Both the position numbers and the translations under genes were made by a program. Shown piece after piece: positions 27,203 through 34,069 of a DNA stretch of 51,016 bases. Source of the stretch: a virus. Its lineage: Duplodnaviria > Caudoviricetes. Within the stretch, counting starts at the first letter, position 1, and each line of letters opens with the position of its first letter. The notes under the pieces were generated by a model. The model was not told the origin of the DNA. It was given only the letters and a program-made list of their open reading frames with translations, and did no database searches. Where the stretch lies: the IMG/VR virus record IMGVR_UViG_3300036781_000120, positions 1 to 51,016 of that record. The stretch is one strand, 5' to 3'.

Positions 27203-27756
27203 ATCTTTTTTCACTTTTTTTTCCTGACTTTTCGTCTTAAAAGTTCAAGCGGTCAACTGTAACGCTCGTTATTACTTTAAATTATGAAACCCATTACCTG
27301 AAGTTATGCTAAACGGTGTAAAACAGCCCGACAAACCCCGTTATCACCCATTTTATAAACTTCTCATTTACAATACTTTAACGCTTAAAAAGCTAACAAC
27401 GGAATAACTAAAAATTGCTTGAAGTGCTTTGTTGTTCTACTATAAACTACTAATAATCAATAACTTAAATACTTTATAGAATAAGAGAAACACTAATAAA
27501 TTAAAAGAGTATAGGGAGTAATATTAATGTTATTAGTACTATAGTTATACATAGTAGCGGTAATATTTATTTTATTTTTACGCCATAGACCTGGGATCAC
27601 TGTTTTAGTTAATTCGACGCCAAAAAGGGTTTAATCGCTTGACTATCAACGGACACACAGACACAGCGAAATCGAATTTTTGTTATGCTCTCCGCATGGA
27701 AAATTTATTATTTTTTCGATGTTGTTTAAAACATTCTAATTTTGTACCTTTGCTAA

Positions 27757-27939
27757 ATGAAAAAATCCCAAAAACTTAAAATTCTGAAATCTACGATTAA
27801 GACGAAAAGAGGAAAGTTAGTTTATAACACGTACCGTTTTAACATACCCGAAGAGATCGCCCTGGAGTTTGAAGACAAATTTTTCAGCGTTAAGCGCGTA
27901 GGTAACAGTATTATATTTTCAGTAACAAATAACGACTAA
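27757..27939 (+). CDS. Small AbrB/MazE-like DNA-binding protein
   Basis: 60 aa; YRFNIPEEIA...FSVKRVGNSIIF swapped-hairpin pattern; TACCTTTG just upstream, so nearly leaderless. Confidence 0.5.
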   Translation: MKKSQKLKILKSTIKTKRGKLVYNTYRFNIPEEIALEFEDKFFSVKRVGNSIIFSVTNND

Positions 27940-27943
27940 AACA

Positions 27944-28291
27944 ATGCAAAAACGAAGAGCTTTAAGAATTTCCGACCGAAAACCAGTTAAGCCGGAAAAG
28001 GCACCGAAACAGCCAAAACCCGTTAAACTTAAAGGCGCGGCCGCCAGACCGGTGCAGGATGATCGATTAGTATTACCGAAAGGTGAAAGTATTCTGGTCC
28101 CTGACTTCAGGCCTTCGCCGGATATGAAAGATCCTGTATTATTGAAAAGCCATAAGCGTAAACCACTCACTTTATTAGCGGTCCCGGTTTTTAATGAGCT
28201 GCCAAAGTATCAGGTTATATACGACGGGATTATCGTAGCTACCAGGCATTCGATTAATGGCGCGCTGGAAGTGTACCATAGCTACGAATAA
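27944..28291 (+). CDS. Hypothetical basic protein
   Basis: 115 aa, Lys/Pro-rich N-terminus. Confidence 0.65.
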   Translation: MQKRRALRISDRKPVKPEKAPKQPKPVKLKGAAARPVQDDRLVLPKGESILVPDFRPSPDMKDPVLLKSHKRKPLTLLAVPVFNELPKYQVIYDGIIVATRHSINGALEVYHSYE

Positions 28292-28320
28292 GAAAAGTGC
28301 CTGAGCGCTTTAAAATACGT

Positions 28321-28542
28321 TCACCCTTTCGGGTAAAGCTCTTTACGGACCAGGTACCGGTAAAGCCGTAACTTCGCTTTGTACCGAGTATCTATATAGA
28401 TTTCGCCGTCATCGATCGCGGCTTTCTTTTCGGCAACGTCCTGATTATTCGTATCGAATTGATGCCATTTACCGGCGCTATCCTTCCAAAGGGCAAAGAA
28501 TTGTTTAGGCGCTGCGGCCTGATATTGCTTTAATGTTTTCAT
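28321..28542 (-). CDS. Small early hypothetical protein
   Basis: 73 aa, MKT start, TAATG coupling. Confidence 0.7.
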   Translation of the reverse strand: MKTLKQYQAAAPKQFFALWKDSAGKWHQFDTNNQDVAEKKAAIDDGEIYIDTRYKAKLRLYRYLVRKELYPKG

Positions 28543-28772
28543 TACGCTACGGTTTTAAATTGATAATCCTTATAAAAACATTTGTCGCCTTTAAATACGC
28601 AAAGCATTGCTTTACCCCGGCGTATCTCATATTTCCAGCCTAACAAAGCTGCATCCGATAAAGTTACCACGTAGGTAACATAAGTCATATTTGATTTGTT
28701 GCCGTTATAATCTAAAGGCCAGATCCGTACTCTGATCAAGGGCTGAGGTTTTAAAAGGTGTGCTACGTTCAT
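28542..28772 (-). CDS. Small early hypothetical protein
   Basis: Start revised to ATG 28772 (ATGA overlap with the upstream peptide gene). Confidence 0.6.
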   Translation of the reverse strand: MNVAHLLKPQPLIRVRIWPLDYNGNKSNMTYVTYVVTLSDAALLGWKYEIRRGKAMLCVFKGDKCFYKDYQFKTVA

Positions 28773-28867
28773 GCTTGTATAACTAAGAAGAGTAAATACC
28801 ATAAGATAATTGTTCCTAATAGGATGCCCACTATAAGCAGACGCGGCCCGTTGTTGCTGTAGTTCAT
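28769..28867 (-). CDS. Small membrane peptide, 32 aa
   Basis: MNYSNNGPRLLIVGILLGTIILWYLLFLVIQA; fills the gap between two coupled genes. Confidence 0.55.
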   Translation of the reverse strand: MNYSNNGPRLLIVGILLGTIILWYLLFLVIQA

Positions 28868-28872
28868 AATTT

Positions 28873-29061
28873 TTAATCTCTTGAATGTTTTTTCATTGAA
28901 AATAATTCAGCCTCTAAAGTTACCCAAGTATTCCAATCGTTTGAGATTCGGATACATTCTTTGTTGCTTTTCTCGATAGCGTCTTCTACGCTTTTAGCTT
29001 TCGGGTAGTAAAAGTGTTTATCCCCGTTTTGGTTGATGCTGGTTGCGATGTAAGTTTTCAT
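28873..29061 (-). CDS. Small early hypothetical protein
   Basis: 62 aa, MKT start, repeated leader. Confidence 0.7.
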   Translation of the reverse strand: MKTYIATSINQNGDKHFYYPKAKSVEDAIEKSNKECIRISNDWNTWVTLEAELFSMKKHSRD

Positions 29062-29299
29062 TGTTACGAAGTTTTAAAGTGATTAATTAACAATGGTGAA
29101 ATCGGTACGGGAATACCAGCTATAAGAATCCGCTTCCGAATGTTTCAGGCGGTATATAGTTACGCCTCCGTAGTTCTGGATGCTATCCAATATACAAACA
29201 GCGCCTTTAAAGAATTTACAGGTTAGTGTTTTCTTTATTTTTACAGTTGTTCCGATTTCTAAAGTTTTCATTGTTACGAAGTTTTAAAGTGATTAATTA
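29052..29299. repeat. 38-bp perfect direct repeat (29052-29089 and 29262-29299) bracketing one small gene
   Basis: AAGTTTTCATTGTTACGAAGTTTTAAAGTGATTAATTA occurs twice with a 210-bp period. Confidence 0.9.
29083..29271 (-). CDS. Small early hypothetical protein (SH3-like)
   Basis: 62 aa, MKT start, repeated leader. Confidence 0.7.
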   Translation of the reverse strand: MKTLEIGTTVKIKKTLTCKFFKGAVCILDSIQNYGGVTIYRLKHSEADSYSWYSRTDFTIVN

Positions 29300-29309
29300 T
29301 TCAACACCA

Positions 29310-29360
29310 CAAAGATAACTATATAAAGTTAATATCCAAATTAAATCGTAATTATTTCAC
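29310..29360 (-). promoter_or_regulatory. Early promoter/operator repeat, copy 3
   Basis: Near-identical to 26831-26881; TATCTTTG -7 box and palindrome at 29316-29331. Confidence 0.8.
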
Positions 29361-29404
29361 TCGACATAGAATTATACGTATATTGGCTTTATATTTAAAA
29401 TACT

Positions 29405-29917
29405 ATGCCCTGCCATTACACACCACACATTTGCCGCTTATGCGGAGAAACCGATAAAACTAAATTTTACAAAACCTATTTAACCCGGTGTAAAAAATGC
29501 CAGGCCAAAGAGCAGAAAGTGAGCAACGATAAAAAGAAAGCGGCAAACCCTAAAGTTAAAAAGATCAAGGTAAAAACGTTCGACCAGAAAGCTTACTACT
29601 TAGCTAACATATTAAAGGTAAGAATTTTTCAGGCCCGCAAAAGAGCGGCTTTTAGAAATATGGAATTTGACTTAACCTTAGATAAAGTAGAACAGTTATT
29701 AATAGATCAAAAAGGCAGATGTTTTTATTCTAATAGGGTTTTTGATAATTCCAGCCCGGTTAATTCAGTATCCATAGATAGACGTGATTCGGACAAAGGA
29801 TACGTTATGAGCAATATAAATTTAGTGTGTTCAAGCGTTAACTATATGAAGAGCGATTTGTCAGAATGTGAGTTCTTAAACCTGATAGCAGAAATAACCA
29901 GGCATTCGGGATATTAA
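29405..29917 (+). CDS. HNH/EndoVII-like endonuclease
   Basis: N-terminal CxxC...CxxC; QKGRCFYS, SIDRRDSDKGYVMSNINLVCSSVNYMKS. Confidence 0.85.
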   Translation: MPCHYTPHICRLCGETDKTKFYKTYLTRCKKCQAKEQKVSNDKKKAANPKVKKIKVKTFDQKAYYLANILKVRIFQARKRAAFRNMEFDLTLDKVEQLLIDQKGRCFYSNRVFDNSSPVNSVSIDRRDSDKGYVMSNINLVCSSVNYMKSDLSECEFLNLIAEITRHSGY

Positions 29918-29942
29918 CTTTTTAAGGTTAAAATAAAAAAAA

Positions 29943-29984
29943 GTGAAAATAAATTTGCAAATTAACTTTTTATAGTTATCTTTG
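29943..29984 (+). promoter_or_regulatory. Early promoter/operator repeat, copy 4 (rightward)
   Basis: TTTG(29954)-N19-TATCTTTG(29977-29984); palindrome at 29963-29978. Confidence 0.8.
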
Positions 29985-30007
29985 TTTCAACAAATCAGAT
30001 AAACAAA

Positions 30008-30229
30008 ATGAAAGTATTAACCGGTCACTTAACCAACACAGATAAAAAAGCCGTAACCGCTATAATGGAAGCCGGTTTAAACGCTGGAAAAGTTGGTAAA
30101 GCTACTTACTACATATCTAATACGGGTACTTTGTTTACTGTTAAAAAAGTAATTAAGGACCGCGGCCTAATACCTTGTGCCGGCAGCTCTTTAAGGTTTA
30201 GTACTTACACTTCAACATTTATTAAATAA
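30008..30229 (+). CDS. Small early hypothetical protein
   Basis: 73 aa; first gene after promoter copy 4. Confidence 0.7.
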   Translation: MKVLTGHLTNTDKKAVTAIMEAGLNAGKVGKATYYISNTGTLFTVKKVIKDRGLIPCAGSSLRFSTYTSTFIK

Positions 30230-30233
30230 TCAA

Positions 30234-30422
30234 ATGAAAACTTCGCAGAGCCCTTTAATGTTAACCAAAAGAGAATTAAACGATTACGGTATCATACTGA
30301 TAATAGCGTTTAAAGCCGATAGCGTTACTATAGGCAACTTTCAAAATCGTAAAGACGAAAAGTCTTGTTCACTTGAAAGCTTTAATGACCCTTACAAATA
30401 TAAACTATACAAAAATTCTTAA
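30234..30422 (+). CDS. Small early hypothetical protein
   Basis: 62 aa, MKT start. Confidence 0.65.
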   Translation: MKTSQSPLMLTKRELNDYGIILIIAFKADSVTIGNFQNRKDEKSCSLESFNDPYKYKLYKNS

Positions 30423-30424
30423 TT

Positions 30425-30568
30425 ATGAAAACACTAACCAACCTACAAAACGGAAACCCTGTTACTATGCGTAACGCGTTCCTGGTAATCGCTGCAATAA
30501 TAGTTATCGCAGCTGTTACACTTAACCACTTTGGACTAATTAACTTATCAGCTTTGAATAAATATTAA
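30425..30568 (+). CDS. Small membrane peptide, 47 aa
   Basis: MKTLTNLQNGNPVTMRNAFLVIAAIIVIAAVTLNHFGLINLSALNKY; below the ORF-track cutoff. Confidence 0.6.
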   Translation: MKTLTNLQNGNPVTMRNAFLVIAAIIVIAAVTLNHFGLINLSALNKY

Positions 30569-30569
30569 G

Positions 30570-30710
30570 ATGAAAACAGTAATCATAATGGCTTCGAGCA
30601 TCAAAGAGGCAAAACAAATAGCGACTGCCAATTACGGAGAAACAGCGGTTTATATTAAACCTTTCCGTTACGCTTCTAAGGGTAATAATTTTTACGAATT
30701 CAATTACTAA
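30570..30710 (+). CDS. Small hypothetical protein, 46 aa
   Basis: MKTVIIMASSIKEAKQIATANYGETAVYIKPFRYASKGNNFYEFNY; tightly packed between neighbours. Confidence 0.6.
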   Translation: MKTVIIMASSIKEAKQIATANYGETAVYIKPFRYASKGNNFYEFNY

Positions 30711-30713
30711 GCT

Positions 30714-30935
30714 ATGAAAGTAACGCGCTATTTAAAAAAGATGTTTGAGGGCGAAGGTTATGAGAATACCGAATTAACTCAAAACGAAATTCAACGTAGG
30801 TTAGACGCTGCGGGCATAGGCTGGCACATAGCGGACGGCATTTTATTCGCTGGAAACCCGTTAACCGAAAGTGATCACGAAATGCAGGAAACAACTAACT
30901 GGAAACTTTTTGACCTTTTAGCCTATATTGAGTAA
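30714..30935 (+). CDS. Small hypothetical protein
   Basis: 73 aa, part of the same operon. Confidence 0.7.
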   Translation: MKVTRYLKKMFEGEGYENTELTQNEIQRRLDAAGIGWHIADGILFAGNPLTESDHEMQETTNWKLFDLLAYIE

Positions 30936-31014
30936 CCGGCTATACCCCTACCCAGCAAAACAACTCCAACGCTTAACCAGGCTTGGAGTTTTCCCGGTAA
31001 AAACCAACATTCAA

Positions 31015-31221
31015 ATGAAAAAGCGTAAACAGAAATTATACATCGATATCGAAATAGTACGCAGCTATTTACACCTGCACGGAATAAAAACCCGCGAGAT
31101 CCACGGAAAGCTATACGCCTACGATGAATACTGGGACACGGTTAAAAAGGTCCACGGGGGAGAGTGGGTAAACGCAACCACCTGGACGCTCCAGGATGCT
31201 CGCGACTTCTTAGGATATTAG
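31015..31221 (+). CDS. Small hypothetical protein
   Basis: Start revised to ATG 31015 after an AAAACCAACATTCAA leader; C-terminal DARDFLGY. Confidence 0.6.
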   Translation: MKKRKQKLYIDIEIVRSYLHLHGIKTREIHGKLYAYDEYWDTVKKVHGGEWVNATTWTLQDARDFLGY

Positions 31222-31280
31222 TGGAACTCTCCCACGATACAACAACTCGACTTTGAAACGAAAAAATTAATCAAAAGAAA

Positions 31281-31502
31281 ATGGCAATTCAACAAAAAAC
31301 CAAAGATCGTTACCCGCTTCTTAACGAGGGGTATCCCGCGCTCGAATGCGCTATGTGCGATAAAAAGTGTTACCCGGACGCGAAAACAGCAGACGGGTCT
31401 GTTATTTACAATAGACACTTTTGCAAAGTGAAATCAGGTATATACCGCGAAACAGTTGAACGCCGTTTTGAAATAACAGAAAACGGAGATTTCGTAATTT
31501 AA
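31281..31502 (+). CDS. Small Zn-ribbon-like protein
   Basis: CAMC...HFC motif. Confidence 0.6.
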   Translation: MAIQQKTKDRYPLLNEGYPALECAMCDKKCYPDAKTADGSVIYNRHFCKVKSGIYRETVERRFEITENGDFVI

Positions 31503-31510
31503 TAATAGCT

Positions 31511-31786
31511 ATGACAAAACAACAAATAGGTGCCGAGCTTAAACGGTTAAGAACCGAAGCCGGCTTATCTCAAAAGGAATTAGCGGAGCATGCAGGCGAA
31601 AGCTTCCAGCATATCAGTCATATCGAGGCAGGCAAGTATAACCTTACCCTTGACCGCTTGGAACGCGTAGGCGCGGCCCTGGGCGTTACTGTAGCCCTGC
31701 AGCCAGCGGAAAAAAGCATGCTTATTACTGAGCCCGACAAAAAAGCATGCTTATTGGACGACGATAGCGCCGGCTGGGAGATATAA
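31511..31786 (+). CDS. XRE-family (HTH_3) transcriptional regulator
   Basis: IGAELKRLRTEAGLSQKELAEHAGESFQHISHIEAGKYNLTLDRLERVGAALG. Confidence 0.92.
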   Translation: MTKQQIGAELKRLRTEAGLSQKELAEHAGESFQHISHIEAGKYNLTLDRLERVGAALGVTVALQPAEKSMLITEPDKKACLLDDDSAGWEI

Positions 31787-31833
31787 AAAAGCATGCTTAT
31801 TAATTTTTAAACTTAAAACCAACAATAGAAATT

Positions 31834-33129
31834 ATGAAAACAGACGATCAAGGTTTAAACCGTAGAAATATCCCGGTTGCCTTTATGGACTACATCGCGG
31901 GAACTTTTGGGTACGACACATTCGGCGATGTTCCTAAAAAGAAGTTAAGCGAAGTAACCGACACGATTAAAATGCGGTTTTCGCAAACTGAAGCAAAGAT
32001 CAGGAGGTTATACGGTAAGAGAACCGAAACGATCAAACGCCGCGCCGGCGAAACGGCTTTAGAGTTTGCGGTAAGAGTTGATAACCGCGACCCGTATCCC
32101 GAAGTGACAGAGACCCGTATTACCGGCACAATACCAGGCGACACAATAATCACCGGTTGTCCTTTCGACGAAGCTTTACCGTCGATCCCCGGTGATGCCG
32201 AAATCCTCAGCCTATCCAACTTAAAACCCGAAACGGTTAAACAGGTAGCCGCCGAATTACTGGAACAGGAAAAAGCCACGGACAATTTTAAAGATTTAAT
32301 ACACGAAATCGTAGCGCCGATAAAGGAAAAGCATGCTTTTTTACCCAAACAGGTTATCGACCCGTACGCTACTCCGATATTCGATTTAAAGAGTTTCGGT
32401 AAACCGTTTCAGAACTTAGACGAAGTCGTTAAAAAATGGCGCGAAACGAATAGTAAAATTGTCGATTTCTTTAAAGAAGTATTATCGGACCGGGTTATAA
32501 TCTCAGAAATACACGACGAGGTTGTATGCGAAAGCGTTACGGATTTTGCAGAACGTTTCGGTAACGCGATGCTAAAGAAAAAGCATGCTTTTTTATCTGT
32601 ACCAGAAACAGGCCCGGAAAAAATAATATCCGCACAAGCTACAAACGAGCTATTAATCGAAACGGGGCAACAATGGTCAACCGAAGAACTTAAACGCTGG
32701 TCCAGCGGTCCCGGCAATATCCAAAATTTGCGTAAGCCTTATTTTAACCCCGATTTAGCACGACCGTACCGCAATACTGTAGAAAGCGCTACTTCTAACG
32801 ACGGCATTAATTGGGCAGACAATTCAGAGCAGATAAAGGATTATCTTATGAACCACATGCCGAGAGTACCATGCGTAAAAAACCCAAACATAACCGACAC
32901 GCACCAGGTAAAAGCCGAATTCCGCGAACCTTTAAAAGTACTTAGCTATACCCCGGAAAACTGGCCAGCATCTGCCCCGCCTTACCATAGCGCTGAAGGC
33001 TGGGAATTTGAGAAAGCTATGTCCCGGAGAAACTTAAAAAGCATGCTTACTATAACCTGGTTGGAAAAGCAACAAACCGAAAAGCATGCTTTAATAGCGC
33101 AGAGATTAAGGGAGATCCTGGCAGCATAA
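31834..33129 (+). CDS. Hypothetical protein, 431 aa
   Basis: Long ORF with an AAAACCAACAAT leader; no family recognised; carries four copies of the 12-mer. Confidence 0.75.
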   Translation: MKTDDQGLNRRNIPVAFMDYIAGTFGYDTFGDVPKKKLSEVTDTIKMRFSQTEAKIRRLYGKRTETIKRRAGETALEFAVRVDNRDPYPEVTETRITGTIPGDTIITGCPFDEALPSIPGDAEILSLSNLKPETVKQVAAELLEQEKATDNFKDLIHEIVAPIKEKHAFLPKQVIDPYATPIFDLKSFGKPFQNLDEVVKKWRETNSKIVDFFKEVLSDRVIISEIHDEVVCESVTDFAERFGNAMLKKKHAFLSVPETGPEKIISAQATNELLIETGQQWSTEELKRWSSGPGNIQNLRKPYFNPDLARPYRNTVESATSNDGINWADNSEQIKDYLMNHMPRVPCVKNPNITDTHQVKAEFREPLKVLSYTPENWPASAPPYHSAEGWEFEKAMSRRNLKSMLTITWLEKQQTEKHALIAQRLREILAA

Positions 33130-33143
33130 TTATTTTTAAAACT

Positions 33144-33767
33144 ATGGCAAAGATAGCAGAGTTAAAATTTACGCTTTTTGAGCAAAAGCACAAAATACCC
33201 GTAAATGTCGGGGTAGACGGGGTATTTAAAACGAAGTTACCCAAAGAGGTAGCGGATCCTTTAGGCATACGCCAGGAGTTAAAAGCTGATAAATTATCGG
33301 ATTTAGAGCATGAATTTTTTGCAGCGTTAGATAAATTTAAAACCGCAAAGACTTTTCAGTATCTCTATTTAGCTATTAGGTACGGATCTTGCGGAGTTTA
33401 CAATCGCACAGAAGAAGGGTATTCTTTATTTCACGAAACGGGTTCTAAGTACAAAGTAGATAATTGGAATTCCGACGTAGATAGCATAGCCTTTGAATAC
33501 CGTGTCGTAATAATGGAAAGTGTTGCGGGGGTTGAAAAATGGTATAGTACGATGGAGTTAACACCTGGTAAATACGAAAAGCACACAAGTTTTTATAACA
33601 ACAGTGATAAATGGAAATTAATTCCTTACACTGAAGTTTGCCACCAAACACTGAAAAAAGCGGAAGAAAGCTTAAGGAAAATAAGCGAAATGCTTTTTAA
33701 ATTTATAGATCAAGACGAACAGCAAATAATTTTATCTTTATCGGGTAATACGCTTTTATTAAATTAA
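33144..33767 (+). CDS. Hypothetical protein
   Basis: 207 aa ORF in the operon. Confidence 0.75.
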   Translation: MAKIAELKFTLFEQKHKIPVNVGVDGVFKTKLPKEVADPLGIRQELKADKLSDLEHEFFAALDKFKTAKTFQYLYLAIRYGSCGVYNRTEEGYSLFHETGSKYKVDNWNSDVDSIAFEYRVVIMESVAGVEKWYSTMELTPGKYEKHTSFYNNSDKWKLIPYTEVCHQTLKKAEESLRKISEMLFKFIDQDEQQIILSLSGNTLLLN

Positions 33768-33856
33768 TTATTTTCCACAAACATTAATTTATCAACATTT
33801 ACAAGAGTTATAATTTATAACATTATGTTTGTTATCTATTATAACTCTTTTCTTAT

Positions 33857-34069
33857 ATGCCCGAATTCTTAACGAAGCCAATTACCCGGACCCAGCAAAT
33901 ACGCGACTTGGGTTTTTACGAAAAAGTTCCTTTCACTTTAGAAGAGTATAACTATATCCGGTCACTGGTTAGCGGCCTGATAGCTGCGGAATACCCGTTG
34001 CGGGTTTTTACAGTGAGTAAGAAAAATGGAATCACTGAAGTAACAAGATTAGAGGACGCGGCTATATGA
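33857..34069 (+). CDS. Small putative DNA-binding protein
   Basis: 70 aa; ATGA-coupled to the primase; winged-helix-like pattern similar to 44724-44939. Confidence 0.55.
   Translation: MPEFLTKPITRTQQIRDLGFYEKVPFTLEEYNYIRSLVSGLIAAEYPLRVFTVSKKNGITEVTRLEDAAI

Noticed and set aside
26781-29360. CRISPR-like array from the repeated 38-51 bp sequences
   Set aside because: The repeats are promoters and leaders separated by whole genes, not by 30-40 nt spacers; the DUF2800 Cas4-like gene belongs to the replication module.
32500-32535. IHDEVV in the 431-aa protein, resembling PolA motif C
   Set aside because: Isolated match with no motif A or B context; likely chance or a tiny remnant.
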